A DNA stretch of 64,000 nt from Auanema rhodensis (Eukaryota > Animalia > Nematoda): positions 22,258,001 through 22,322,000 of the forward strand of contig OZ059894.1 in assembly GCA_964057225.1 (NCBI GenBank), written 5' to 3'. The notes below the pieces were generated by a model. It was given only the letters and a program-made list of their open reading frames with translations, did no database searches and was not told where the DNA came from. A program made the position numbers and the translations under genes. Positions 38,401 through 54,292 of this stretch are shown in pieces. How positions within the stretch are numbered: position 1 is the stretch's first letter; each line of letters starts with the position of its first letter.

Positions 38401-41400
38401 CGAGATATCAACTGATATAAGTTTACACTTATATCCTCGATTTTCACCCTGAAGAATTAATTTTTTCGTTGAATAACATTGTCCATCGTCTTTGCCTTGA
38501 AAAAAGAAATCTAAAAACATCTACTTTTTGCTAAATTATTTTGAAATTTTTCGAAAAAATTTTTGTCAAAATGTTTTTGGAAGCAATGTTGAGTGTACAT
38601 GGAAACTCAACATACACTAATGCATCATTTTTCAAACGATCATAACTAATTTTCGTATCAAGCGTTTCTTGATGTAGTATAGTGCATTCGATGCAGATTT
38701 TTAAGCTGCGTCGATCTGTGTTATCAGATTTGCGCTAGCTTAAAAATGCACCGAGATATCAACTGATATAAGTTCACACTTATATCCTCGATTTTCACCC
38801 TGAAGAATTAATTTTTTCGTTGAATAACATTGTCCATCGTCTTTGCCTTAAAAAAAGGAATCTAAAAACATCTACTTTTTGCTGAATTATTTTGAAATTT
38901 TTCGAAAAAATTTTTGTCAAAATGTTTTTGGAAGCAATGTTGAGTGTACATGGAAACTCAACATACACTAATGCATCATTTTTCAAACGAACATAACTAA
39001 TTTTTTTATCAAACGTTTCTCAATGTAGTATAGTGCATTCGATGCGGATTTTTAAGCTGCGTCGATCTGTGTTATCAGATTTGCGCTAGCTTAAAAATGC
39101 ACCGAGATATCAACTGATATAAGTTCACACTTATATCCTCGATTTTCACCCTGCAGAATTAATTTTTTCGTTGAATAACATTGTCCATCGTCTTTGCCTT
39201 GAAAAAAGGAATCTAAAAACATCTACTTTTTGCTGAATTATTTTGAAATTTTTCGAAAAAATTTTTGTCAAAATGTTTTTGGAAGCAATGTTGAGTGTAC
39301 ATGGAAACTCAACATACACTAATGCATCATTTTTCAAACGAACATAACTAATTTTTTTATCAAACGTTTCTCAATGTAGTATAGTGCATTCGATGCGGAT
39401 TTTTAAGCTGCGTCGATCTGTGTTATCAGATTTGCGCTAGCTTAAAAATGCACCGAGATATCAACTGATATAAGTTCACACTTATATCCTCGATTTTCAC
39501 CTTGAAGAATTAATTTTTTCGTTGAATAACATTGTCCATCGTCTTTGCCTTGAAAAAAGGAATCTAAAAACATCTACTTTTTGCTGAATTATTTTGAAAT
39601 TTTTCGAAAAAATTTTTGTCAAAATGTTTTTGGAAGCAATGTTGAGTGTACATGGAAACTCAACATACACTAATGCATCATTTTTCAAACGATCATAACT
39701 AATTTTTGTATTAAGCGTTTCTCAATGTAGTATAGTGCATTCGATGCGGATTTTTAAGCTGCGTCGATCTGTGTTATCAGATTTGCGCTAGCTTAAAAAT
39801 GCACCGAGATATCAACTGATATAAGTTTACACTTATATCCTCGATTTTCACCCTGAAGAATTAATTTTTTCGTTGAATAACATTGTCCATCGTCTTTGCC
39901 TTGAAAAATGGAATCTAAAAACATCTACTTTTTGCTAAATTATTTTGAAATTTTTCGAAAAAATTTTTGTCAAAATGTTTTTGGAAGCAATGTTGAGTGT
40001 ACATGGAAACTCAACACACACTAATGCATCATTTTTCAAACGATCATAACTAATTTGTGTATTAAGCGTTTCTCAATGTAGTATAGTGCATTCGATGCGG
40101 ATTTTTAAGCTGCGTCGATCTGTGTTATCAGATTTGCGCTAGCTTAAAAATGCACCGAGATATCAACTGATATAAGTTTACACTTATATCCTCGATTTTC
40201 ACCCTGAAGAATTAATTTTTTCGTTGAATAACATTGTCCATCGTCTTTGCCTTGAAAAAAGAAATCTAAAAACATCTACTTTTTGCTGAATTATTTTGAA
40301 ATTTTTCGAAAAAATTTTTGTCAAAATGTTTTTGGAAGCAATGTTGAGTGTACATGGAAACTCAACATACACTAATGCATCATTTTTCAAACGATCATAA
40401 CTAATTTTTGTATCAAGCGTTTCTTGATGTAGTATAGTGCATTCGATGCGGATTTTTAAGCTGCGTCGATCTGTGTTATCAGATTTGCGCTAGCTTAAAA
40501 ATGCACCGAGATATCAACTGATATAAGTTCACACTTATATCCTCGATTTTCACCCTGAAGAATTAATTTTTTCGTTGAATAACATTGTCCATCGTCTTTG
40601 CCTTAAAAAAAGGAATCTAAAAACATCTACTTTTTGCTGAATTATTTTGAAATTTTTCGAAAAAATTTTTGTCAAAATGTTTTTGGAAGCAATGTTGAGT
40701 GTACATGGAAACTCAACATACACTAATGCATCATTTTTCAAACGAACATAACTAATTTTTTTATCAAACGTTTCTCAATGTAGTATAGTGCATTCGATGC
40801 GGATTTTTAAGCTGCGTCGATCTGTGTTATCAGATGTGCGCTAGCTTAAAAATGCACCGAGATATCAACTGATATAAGTTCACACTTATATCCTCGATTT
40901 TCACCCTGCAGAATTAATTTTTTCGTTGAATAACATTGTCCATCGTCTTTGCCTTGAAAAAAGGAATCTAAAAACATCTACTTTTTGCTGAATTATTTTG
41001 AAATTTTTCGAAAAAATTTTTGTCAAAATGTTTTTGGAAGCAATGTTGAGTGTACATGGAAACTCAACATACACTAATGCATCATTTTTCAAACGAACAT
41101 AACTAATTTTTTTATCAAACGTTTCTCAATGTAGTATAGTGCATTCGATGCGGATTTTTAAGCTGCGTCGATCTGTGTTATCAGATTTGCGCTAGCTTAA
41201 AAATGCACCGAGATATCAACTGATATAAGTTCACACTTATATCCTCGATTTTCACCTTGAAGAATTAATTTTTTCGTTGAATAACATTGTCCATCGTCTT
41301 TGCCTTGAAAAAAGGAATCTAAAAACATCTACTTTTTGCTGAATTATTTTGAAATTTTTCGAAAAAATTTTTGTCAAAATGTTTTTGGAAGCAATGTTGA

Positions 41401-44400
41401 GTGTACATGGAAACTCAACATACACTAATGCATCATTTTTCAAACGATCATAACTAATTTTTGTATTAAGCGTTTCTCAATGTAGTATAGTGCATTCGAT
41501 GCGGATTTTTAAGCTGCGTCGATCTGTGTTATCAGATTTGCGCTAGCTTAAAAATGCACCGAGATATCAACTGATATAAGTTTACACTTATATCCTCGAT
41601 TTTCACCCTGAAGAATTAATTTTTTCGTTGAATAACATTGTCCATCGTCTTTGCCTTGAAAAAAGAAATCTAAAAACATCTACTTTTTGCTAAATTATTT
41701 TGAAATTTTTCGAAAAAATTTTTGTCAAAATGTTTTTGGAAGCAATGTTGAGTGTACATGGAAACTCAACATACACTAATGCATCATTTTTCAAACGATC
41801 ATAACTAATTTTTGTATCAAGCGTTTCTTGATGTAGTATAGTGCATTCGATGCGGATTTTTAAGCTGCGTCGATCTGTGTTATCAGATTTGCGCTAGCTT
41901 AAAAATGCACCGAGATATCAACTGATATAAGTTCACACTTATATCCTCGATTTTCACCCTGAAGAATTAATTTTTTCGTTGAATAACATTGTCCATCGTC
42001 TTTGCCTTAAAAAAAGGAATCTAAAAACATCTACTTTTTGCTGAATTATTTTGAAATTTTTCGAAAAAATTTTTGTCAAAATGTTTTTGGAAGCAATGTT
42101 GAGTGTACATGGAAACTCAACATACACTAATGCATCATTTTTCAAACGAACATAACTAATTTTTTTATCAAACGTTTCTCAATGTAGTATAGTGCATTCG
42201 ATGCGGATTTTTAAGCTGCGTCGATCTGTGTTATCAGATTTGCGCTAGCTTAAAAATGCACCGAGATATCAACTGATATAAGTTCACACTTATATCCTCG
42301 ATTTTCACCCTGAAGAATTAATTTTTTCGTTGAATAACATTGTCCATCGTCTTTGCCTTGAAAAAAGGAATCTAAAAACATCTACTTTTTGCTGAATTAT
42401 TTTGAAATTTTTCGAAAAAATTTTTGTCAAAATGTTTTTGGAAGCAATGTTGAGTGTACATGGAAACTCAACATACACTAATGCATCATTTTTCAAACGA
42501 ACATAACTAATTTTTTTATCAAACGTTTCTCAATGTAGTATAGTGAATTCGATGCGGATTTTTAAGCTGCGTCGATCTGTGTTATCAGATTTGCGTTAGC
42601 TTAAAAATGCACCGAGATATCAACTGATATAAGTTCACACTTATATCCTCGATTTTCACCTTGAAGAATTAATTTTTTCGTTGAATAACATTGTCCATCG
42701 TCTTTGCCTTGAAAAAAGGAATCTAAAAACATCTACTTTTTGCTGAATTATTTTGAAATTTTTCGAAAAAATTTTTGTCAAAATGTTTTTGGAAGCAATG
42801 TTGAGTGTACATGGAAACTCAACATACACTAATGCATCATTTTTCAAACGATCATAACTAATTTTTGTATTAAGCGTTTCTCAATGTAGTATAGTGCATT
42901 CGATGCGGATTTTTAAGCTGCGTCGATCTGTGTTATCAGATTTGCGCTAGCTTAAAAATGCACCGAGATATCAACTGATATAAGTTTACACTTATATCCT
43001 CGATTTTCACCCTGAAGAATTAATTTTTTCGTTGAATAACATTGTCCATCGTCTTTGCCTTGAAAAATGGAATCTAAAAACATCTACTTTTTGCTAAATT
43101 ATTTTGAAATTTTTCGAAAAAATTTTTGTCAAAATGTTTTTGGAAGCAATGTTGAGTGTACATGGAAACTCAACACACACTAATGCATCATTTTTCAAAC
43201 GATCATAACTAATTTGTGTATTAAGCGTTTCTCAATGTAGTATAGTGCATTCGATGCGGATTTTTAAGCTGCGTCGATCTGTGTTATCAGATTTGCGCTA
43301 GCTTAAAAATGCACCGAGATATCAACTGATATAAGTTCACACTTATATCCTCGATTTTCACCCTGAAGAATTAATTTTTTCGTTGAATAACATTGTCCAT
43401 CGTCTTTGCCTTGAAAAATGGAATCTAAAAACATCTACTTTTTGCTAAATTATTTTGAAATTTTTCGAAAAAATTTTTGTCAAAATGTTTTTGGAAGCAA
43501 TGTTGAGTGTACATGGAAACTCAACACACACTAATGCATCATTTTTCAAACGATCATAACTAATTTTTGTATCAAACGTTTCTCAATTTAGTATAGTGCA
43601 TTCGATGCGGATTTTTAAGCTGCGTCGATCTGTGTTATCAGATTTGCGCTAGCTTAAAAATGCACCGAGATATCAACTGATATAAGTTCACACTTATATC
43701 CTCGATTTTCACCCTGAAGAATTAATTTTTTCGTTGAATAACATTGTCCATCGTCTTTGCCTTGGAAAAAGGAATCTAAAAACATCTACTTTTTGCTAAA
43801 TTATTTTGAAATTTTTCGAAAAAATTTTTGTCAAAATGTTTTTGGAAGCAATGTTGAGTGTACATGGAAACTCAACATACACTAATGCATCATTTTTCAA
43901 ACGATCATAACTAATTTTTGTATCAAACGTTTCTCAATTTAGTATAGTGCATTCGATGCGGATTTTTAAGCTGCGTCGATCTGTGTTATCAGATTTGCGC
44001 TAGCTTAAAAATGCACCGAGATATCAACTGATATAAGTTCACACTTATATCCTCGATTTTCACCCTGAAGAATTAATTTTTTCGTTGAATAACATTGTCC
44101 ATCGTCTTTGCCTTGAAAAAAGGAATCTAAAAACATCTACTTTTTGCTGAATTATTTTGAAATTTTTCGAAAAAATTTTTGTCAAAATGTTTTTGGAAGC
44201 AATGTTGAGTGTACATGGAAACTCAACATACACTAATGCATCATTTTTCAAACGAACATAACTAATTTTTTTATCAAACGTTTCTCAATGTAGTATAGTG
44301 CATTCGATGCGGATTTTTAAGCTGCGTCGATCTGTGTTATCAGATTTGCGTTAGCTTAAAAATGCACCGAGATATCAACTGATATAAGTTCACACTTATA

Positions 44401-47400
44401 TCCTCGATTTTCACCTTGAAGAATTAATTTTTTCGTTGAATAACATTGTCCATCGTCTTTGCCTTGAAAAAAGGAATCTAAAAACATCTACTTTTTGCTG
44501 AATTATTTTGAAATTTTTCGAAAAAATTTTTGTCAAAATGTTTTTGGAAGCAATGTTGAGTGTACATGGAAACTCAACATACACTAATGCATCATTTTTC
44601 AAACGATCATAACTAATTTTTGTATTAAGCGTTTCTCAATGTAGTATAGTGCATTCGATGCGGATTTTTAAGCTGCGTCGATCTGTGTTATCAGATTTGC
44701 GCTAGCTTAAAAATGCACCGAGATATCAACTGATATAAGTTTACACTTATATCCTCGATTTTCACCCTGAAGAATTAATTTTTTCGTTGAATAACATTGT
44801 CCATCGTCTTTGCCTTGAAAAATGGAATCTAAAAACATCTACTTTTTGCTAAATTATTTTGAAATTTTTCGAAAAAATTTTTGTCAAAATGTTTTTGGAA
44901 GCAATGTTGAGTGTACATGGAAACTCAACACACACTAATGCATCATTTTTCAAACGATCATAACTAATTTGTGTATTAAGCGTTTCTCAATGTAGTATAG
45001 TGCATTCGATGCGGATTTTTAAGCTGCGTCGATCTGTGTTATCAGATTTGCGCTAGCTTAAAAATGCACCGAGATATCAACTGATATAAGTTCACACTTA
45101 TATCCTCGATTTTCACCCTGAAGAATTAATTTTTTCGTTGAATAACATTGTCCATCGTCTTTGCCTTGAAAAATGGAATCTAAAAACATCTACTTTTTGC
45201 TAAATTATTTTGAAATTTTTCGAAAAAATTTTTGTCAAAATGTTTTTGGAAGCAATGTTGAGTGTACATGGAAACTCAACACACACTAATGCATCATTTT
45301 TCAAACGATCATAACTAATTTTTGTATCAAACGTTTCTCAATTTAGTATAGTGCATTCGATGCGGATTTTTAAGCTGCGTCGATCTGTGTTATCAGATTT
45401 GCGCTAGCTTAAAAATGCACCGAGATATCAACTGATATAAGTTCACACTTATATCCTCGATTTTCACCCTGAAGAATTAATTTTTTCGTTGAATAACATT
45501 GTCCATCGTCTTTGCCTTGGAAAAAGGAATCTAAAAACATCTACTTTTTGCTAAATTATTTTGAAATTTTTCGAAAAAATTTTTGTCAAAATGTTTTTGG
45601 AAGCAATGTTGAGTGTACATGGAAACTCAACATACACTAATGCATCATTTTTCAAACGATCATAACTAATTTTTGTATCAAACGTTTCTCAATTTAGTAT
45701 AGTGCATTCGATGCGGATTTTTAAGCTGCGTCGATCTGTGTTATCAGATTTGCGCTAGCTTAAAAATGCACCGAGATATCAACTGATATAAGTTCACACT
45801 TATATCCTCGATTTTCACCCTGAAGAATTAATTTTTTCGTTGAATAACATTGTCCATCGTCTTTGCCTTGGAAAAAGGAATCTAAAAACATCTACTTTTT
45901 GCTGAATTATTCTGAAATTTTTCGAAAAAATTTTTGTCAAAATGTTTTTGGAAGCAATGTTGAGTGTACATGGAAACTCAACATACACTAATGCATCATT
46001 TTTCAAACGATCATAACTAATTTTTGTATTAAGCGTTTCTCAATGTAGTATAGTGCATTCGATGCGGATTTTTAAGCTGCGTCGATCTGTGTTATCAGAT
46101 TTGCGCTAGCTTAAAAATGCACCGAGATATCAACTGATATAAGTTTACACTTATATCCTCGATTTTCACCCTGAAGAATTAATTTTTTCGTTGAATAACA
46201 TTGTCCATCGTCTTTGCCTTGAAAAATAAAATCTAAAAACATCTACTTTTTGCTAAATTATTTTGAAATTTTTCGAAAAAATTTTTGTCAAAATGTTTTT
46301 GGAAGCAATGTTGAGTGTACATGGAAACTCAACACACACTAATGCATCATTTTTCAAACGATCATAACTAATTTGTGTATTAAGCGTTTCTCAATGTAGT
46401 ATAGTGCATTCGATGCGGATTTTTAAGCTGCGTCGATCTGTGTTATCAGATTTGCGCTAGCTTAAAAATGCACCGAGATATCAACTGATATAAGTTCACA
46501 CTTATATCCTCGATTTTCACCCTGAAGAATCAATTTTTTCGTTGAATAACATTGTCCATCGTCTTTGCCTTGAAAAATGGAATCTAAAAACATCTACTTT
46601 TTGCTAAATTATTTTGAAATTTTTCGAAAAAATTTTTGTCAAAATGTTTTTGGAAGCAATGTTGAGTGTACATGGAAACTCAACACACACTAATGCATCA
46701 TTTTTCAAACGATCATAACTAATTTTTGTATCAAACGTTTCTCAATTTAGTATAGTGCATTCGATGCGGATTTTTAAGCTGCGTCGATCTGTGTTATCAG
46801 ATTTGCGCTAGCTTAAAAATGCACCGAGATATCAACTGATATAAGTTCACACTTATATCCTCGATTTTCACCCTGAAGAATTAATTTTTTCGTTGAATAA
46901 CATTGTCCATCGTCTTTGCCTTGGAAAAAGGAATCTAAAAACATCTACTTTTTGCTAAATTATTTTGAAATTTTTCGAAAAAATTTTTGTCAAAATGTTT
47001 TTGGAAGCAATGTTGAGTGTACATGGAAACTCAACATACACTAATGCATCATTTTTCAAACGATCATAACTAATTTTTGTATCAAACGTTTCTCAATTTA
47101 GTATAGTGCATTCGATGCGGATTTTTAAGCTGCGTCGATCTGTGTTATCAGATTTGCGCTAGCTTAAAAATGCACCGAGATATCAACTGATATAAGTTCA
47201 CACTTATATCCTCGATTTTCACCCTGAAGAATTAATTTTTTCGTTGAATAACATTGTCCATCGTCTTTGCCTTGGAAAAAGGAATCTAAAAACATCTACT
47301 TTTTGCTGAATTATTCTGAAATTTTTCGAAAAAATTTTTGTCAAAATGTTTTTGGAAGCAATGTTGAGTGTACATGGAAACTCAACATACACTAATGCAT

Positions 47401-50400
47401 CATTTTTCAAACGATCATAACTAATTTTTGTATTAAGCGTTTCTCAATGTAGTATAGTGCATTCGATGCGGATTTTTAAGCTGCGTCGATCTGTGTTATC
47501 AGATTTGCGCTAGCTTAAAAATGCACCGAGATATCAACTGATATAAGTTCACACTTATATCCTCGATTTTCACCCTGAAGAATTAATTTTTTCGTTGAAT
47601 AACATTGTCCATCGTCTTTGCCTTAAAAAAAGGAATCTAAAAACATCTACTTTTTGCTAAATTATTTTGAAATTTTTCGAAAAAATTTTTGTCAAAATGT
47701 TTTTGGAAGCAATGTTGAGTGTACATGGAAACTCAACATACACTAATGCATCATTTTTCAAACGATCATAACTAATTTTTGTATCAAACGTTTCTCAATT
47801 TAGTATAGTGCATTCGATGCGGATTTTTAAGCTGCGTCGATCTGTGTTATCAGATTTGCGCTAGCTTAAAAATGCACCGAGATATCAACTGATATAAGTT
47901 CACACTTATATCCTCGATTTTCACCCTGAAGAATTAATTTTTTCGTTGAATAACATTGTCCATCGTCTTTGCCTTGGAAAAAGGAATCTAAAAACATCTA
48001 CTTTTTGCTGAATTATTCTGAAATTTTTCGAAAAAATTTTTGTCAAAATGTTTTTGGAAGCAATGTTGAGTGTACATGGAAACTCAACATACACTAATGC
48101 ATCATTTTTCAAACGATCATAACTAATTTTTGTATTAAGCGTTTCTCAATGTAGTATAGTGCATTCGATGCGGATTTTTAAGCTGCGTCGATCTGTGTTA
48201 TCAGATTTGCGCTAGCTTAAAAATGCACCGAGATATCAACTGATATAAGTTTACACTTATATCCTCGATTTTCACCCTGAAGAATTAATTTTTTCGTTGA
48301 ATAACATTGTCCATCGTCTTTGCCTTAAAAAAAGGAATCTAAAAACATCTACTTTTTGCTAAATTATTTTGAAATTTTTCGAAAAAATTTTTGTCAAAAT
48401 GTTTTTGGAAGCAATGTTGAGTGTACATGGAAACTCAACATACACTAATGCATCATTTTTCAAACGATCATAACTAATTTTTGTATCAAGCGTTTCTTGA
48501 TGTAGTATGGTGCATTCGATGCGGATTTTTAAGCTGCCTCGATCTGTGTTATCAGATTTGCGCTAGCTTAAAAATGCACCGAGATATCAACTGATATAAG
48601 TTCACACTTATATCCTCGATTTTCACCCTGAAGAATTAATTTTTTCGTTGAATAACATTGTCCATCGTCTTTGCCTTAAAAAAAGGAATCTAAAAACATC
48701 TACTTTTTGCTAAATTATTTTGAAATTTTTCGAAAAAATTTTTGTCAAAATGTTTTTGGAAGCAATGTTGAGTGTACATGGAAACTCAACACACACTAAT
48801 GCATCATTTTTCAAACGATCATAACTAATTTTTGTATCAAACGTTTCTCAATTTAGTATAGTGCATTCGATGCGGATTTTTAAGCTGCGTCGATCTGTGT
48901 TATCAGATTTGCGCTAGCTTAAAAATGCACCGAGATATCAACTGATATAAGTTCACACTTATATCCTCGATTTTCACCCTGAAGAATTAATTTTTTCGTT
49001 GAATAACATTGTCCATCGTCTTTGCCTTGGAAAAAGGAATCTAAAAACATCTACTTTTTGCTGAATTATTCTGAAATTTTTCGAAAAAATTTTTGTCAAA
49101 ATGTTTTTGGAAGCAATGTTGAGTGTACATGGAAACTCAACATACACTAATGCATCATTTTTCAAACGATCATAACTAATTTTTGTATTAAGCGTTTCTC
49201 AATGTAGTATAGTGCATTCGATGCGGATTTTTAAGCTGCGTCGATCTGTGTTATCAGATTTGCGCTAGCTTAAAAATGCACCGAGATATCAACTGATATA
49301 AGTTTACACTTATATCCTCGATTTTCACCCTGAAGAATTAATTTTTTCGTTGAATAACATTGTCCATCGTCTTTGCCTTGAAAAAAGAAATCTAAAAACA
49401 TCTACTTTTTGCTAAATTATTTTGAAATTTTTCGAAAAAATTTTTGTCAAAATGTTTTTGGAAGCAATGTTGAGTGTACATGGAAACTCAACACACACTA
49501 ATGCATCATTTTTCAAACGATCATAACTAATTTTTGTATCAAGCGTTTCTTGATGTAGTATAGTGCATTCGATGCGGATTTTTAAGCTGCGTCGATCTGT
49601 GTTATCAGATTTGCGCTAGCTTAAAAATGCACCGAGATATCAACTGATATAAGTTCACACTTATATCCTCGATTTTCACCCTGAAGAATTAATTTTTTCG
49701 TTGAATAACATTGTCCATCGTCTTTGCCTTAAAAAAAGGAATCTAAAAACATCTACTTTTTGCTAAATTATTTTGAAATTTTTCGAAAAAATTTTTGTCA
49801 AAATGTTTTTGGAAGCAATGTTGAGTGTACATGGAAACTCAACATACACTAATGCATCATTTTTCAAACGATCATAACTAATTTTTGTATCAAACGTTTC
49901 TCAATTTAGTATAGTGCATTTGATGCGGATTTTTAAGCTGCGTCGATCTGTGTTATCAGATTTGCGCTAGCTTAAAAATGCACCGAGATATCAACTGATA
50001 TAAGTTCACACTTATATCCTCGATTTTCACCCTGAAGAATTAATTTTTTCGTTGAATAACATTGTCCATCGTCTTTGCCTTGGAAAAAGGAATCTAAAAA
50101 CATCTACTTTTTGCTGAATTATTCTGAAATTTTTCGAAAAAATTTTTGTCAAAATGTTTTTGGAAGCAATGTTGAGTGTACATGGAAACTCAACATACAC
50201 TAATGCATCATTTTTCAAACGATCATAACTAATTTTTGTATTAAGCGTTTCTCAATGTAGTATAGTGCATTCGATGCGGATTTTTAAGCTGCGTCGATCT
50301 GTGTTATCAGATTTGCGCTAGCTTAAAAATGCACCGAGATATCAACTGATATAAGTTTACACTTATATCCTCGATTTTCACCCTGAAGAATTAATTTTTT

Positions 50401-50830
50401 CGTTGAATAACATTGTCCATCGTCTTTGCCTTGAAAAAAGAAATCTAAAAACATCTACTTTTTGCTAAATTATTTTGAAATTTTTCGAAAAAATTTTTGT
50501 CAAAATGTTTTTGGAAGCAATGTTGAGTGTACATGGAAACTCAACATACACTAATGCATCATTTTTCAAACGATCATAACTAATTTTTGTATCGAGCGTT
50601 TCTCAATGTAGTATAGTGCATTCGATGCGGATTTTTAAGCTGCGTCGATCTGTGTTATCAAATTTGCGCTAGCTTAAAAATGCACCGAGATATCAACTGA
50701 TATAAGTTCACACTTATATCCTCGATTTTCACCCTGAAGAATTAATTTTTTCGTTGAATAACATTGTCCATCGTCTTTGCCTTAAAAAAAGGAATCTAAA
50801 AACATCTACTTTTTGCTAAATTATTTTGAA

Positions 50831-50850
50831 ATTTTTCGGAAACTCAACAT
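50831..50850. other. 48-bp deletion junction (mp295-342 lost), copy 1
   Basis: Reads atttttcg-gaaactcaacat. ORF offset 50027 to 52436 equals 7x351-48. Confidence 0.95.
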
Positions 50851-53800
50851 ACACTAATGCATCATTTTTCAAACGAACATAACTAATTTTTGTATCAAGC
50901 GTTTCTCAATGTAGTATAGTGCATTCGATGCGGATTTTTAAGCTGCGTCGATCTGTGTTATCAAATTTGCGCTAGCTTAAAAATGCACCGAGATATCAAC
51001 TGATATAAGTTCACACTTATATCCTCGATTTTCACCCTGAAGAATTAATTTTTTCGTTGAATAACATTGTCCATCGTCTTTGCCTTAAAAACAGGAATCT
51101 AAAAACATCTACTTTTTGCTAAATTATTATGAAATTCTTCGAAAAAATTTTTGTCAAAATGTTTTTGGAAGCAATGTTGAGTGTACATGGAAACTCAACA
51201 TACACTAATGCATCATTTTTCAAACGATCATAACTAATTTTTGTATTAAGCGTTTCTCAATGTAGTATAGTGCATTCGATGCGGATTTTTAAGCTGCGTC
51301 GATCTGTGTTATCAGATTTGCGCTACCTTAAAAATGCACCGAGATATCAACTGATATAAGTTCACACTTATATCCTCGATTTTCACCCTGAAGAATTAAT
51401 TTTTTCGTTGAATAACATTGTCCATCGTCTTTGCCTTGAAAAATGGAATCTAAAAACATCTACTTTTTGCTAAATTATTTTGAAATTTTTCGAAAAAATT
51501 TTTGTCAAAATGTTTTTGGAAGCAATGTTGAGTGTACATGGAAACTCAACACACACTAATGCATCATTTTTCAAACGATCATAACTAATTTTTGTATTAA
51601 GCGTTTCTCAATGTAGTATAGTGCATTCGATGCGGATTTTTAAGCTGCGTCGATCTGTGTTATCAGATTTGCGCTAGCTTAAAAATGCACCGAGATATCA
51701 ACTGATATAAGTTTACACTTATATCCTCGATTTTCACCCTGAAGAATTAATTTTCTCGTTGAATAACATTGTCCATCGTCTTTGCCTTGAAAAAAGAAAT
51801 CTAAAAACATCTACTTTTTGCTAAATTATTTTGAAATTTTTCGAAAAAATTTTTGTCAAAATGTTTTTGGAAGCAATGTTGAGTGTACATGGAAACTCAA
51901 CATACACTAATGCATCATTTTTCAAACGATCATAACTAATTTTTGTATTAAGCGTTTCTCAATGTAGTATAGTGCATTCGATGCGGATTTTTAAGCTGCG
52001 TCGATCTGTGTTATCAGATTTGCGCTAGCTTAAAAATGCACCGAGATATCAACTGATATAAGTTCACACTTATATCCTCGATTTTCACCCTGAAGAATTA
52101 ATTTTTTCGTTGAATAACATTGTCCATCGTCTTTGCCTTAAAAAAAGGAATCTAAAAACATCTACTTTTTGCTAAATTATTTTGAAATTTTTCGAAAAAA
52201 TTTTTGTCAAAATGTTTTTGGAAGCAATGTTGAGTGTACATGGAAACTCAACATACACTAATGCATCATTTTTCAAACGATCATAACTAATTTGTGTATT
52301 AAGCGTTTCTCAATGTAGTATAGTGCATTCGATGCGGATTTTTAAGCTGCGTCGATCTGTGTTATCAGATTTGCGCTAGCTTAAAAATGCACCGAGATAT
52401 CAACTGATATAAGTTCACACTTATATCCTCGATTTTCACCCTGAAGAACTAATTTTTTCGTTGAATAACATTGTCCATCGTCTTTGCCTTGGAAAAAGGA
52501 ATCTAAAAACATCTACTTTTTGCTGAATTATTCTGAAATTTTTCGAAAAAATTTTTGTCAAAATGTTTTTGGAAGCAATGTTGAGTGTACATGGAAACTC
52601 AACATACACTAAAGCATCATTTTTCAAACGATCATAACTAATTTTTGTATTAAGCGTTTCTCAATGTAGTATAGTGCATTCGATGCGGATTTTTAAGCTG
52701 CGTCGATCTGTGTTATCAGATTTGCGCTAGCTTAAAAATGCACCGAGATATCAACTGATATAAGTTTACACTTATATCCTCGATTTTCACCCTGAAGAAT
52801 TAATTTTTTCGTTGAATAACATTGTCCATCGTCTTTGCCTTGAAAAAAGAAATCTAAAAACATCTACTTTTTGCTAAATTATTTTGAAATTTTTCGAAAA
52901 AATTTTTGTCAAAATGTTTTTGGAAGCAATGTTGAGTGTACATGGAAACTCAACACACACTAATGCATCATTTTTCAAACGATCATAACTAATTTTTGTA
53001 TCAAGCGTTTCTTGATGTAGTATAGTGCATTCGATGCGGATTTTTAAGCTGCGTCGATCTGTGTTATCAGATTTGCGCTAGCTTAAAAATGCACCGAGAT
53101 ATCAACTGATATAAGTTCACACTTATATCCTCGATTTTCACCCTGAAGAATTAATTTTTTCGTTGAATAACATTGTCCATCGTCTTTGCCTTAAAAAAAG
53201 GAATCTAAAAACATCTACTTTTTGCTAAATTATTTTGAAATTTTTCGAAAAAATTTTTGTCAAAATGTTTTTGGAAGCAATGTTGAGTGTACATGGAAAC
53301 TCAACATACACTAATGCATCATTTTTCAAACGATCATAACTAATTTTTGTATCAAACGTTTCTCAATTTAGTATAGTGCATTTGATGCGGATTTTTAAGC
53401 TGCGTCGATCTGTGTTATCAGATTTGCGCTAGCTTAAAAATGCACCGAGATATCAACTGATATAAGTTCACACTTATATCCTCGATTTTCACCCTGAAGA
53501 ATTAATTTTTTCGTTGAATAACATTGTCCATCGTCTTTGCCTTGGAAAAAGGAATCTAAAAACATCTACTTTTTGCTGAATTATTCTGAAATTTTTCGAA
53601 AAAATTTTTGTCAAAATGTTTTTGGAAGCAATGTTGAGTGTACATGGAAACTCAACATACACTAATGCATCATTTTTCAAACGATCATAACTAATTTTTG
53701 TATTAAGCGTTTCTCAATGTAGTATAGTGCATTCGATGCGGATTTTTAAGCTGCGTCGATCTGTGTTATCAGATTTGCGCTAGCTTAAAAATGCACCGAG

Positions 53801-54292
53801 ATATCAACTGATATAAGTTTACACTTATATCCTCGATTTTCACCCTGAAGAATTAATTTTTTCGTTGAATAACATTGTCCATCGTCTTTGCCTTGAAAAA
53901 AGAAATCTAAAAACATCTACTTTTTGCTAAATTATTTTGAAATTTTTCGAAAAAATTTTTGTCAAAATGTTTTTGGAAGCAATGTTGAGTGTACATGGAA
54001 ACTCAACATACACTAATGCATCATTTTTCAAACGATCATAACTAATTTTTGTATCGAGCGTTTCTCAATGTAGTATAGTGCATTCGATGCGGATTTTTAA
54101 GCTGCGTCGATCTGTGTTATCAAATTTGCGCTAGCTTAAAAATGCACCGAGATATCAACTGATATAAGTTCACACTTATATCCTCGATTTTCACCCTGAA
54201 GAATTAATTTTTTCGTTGAATAACATTGTCCATCGTCTTTGCCTTAAAAAAAGGAATCTAAAAACATCTACTTTTTGCTAAATTATTTTGAA

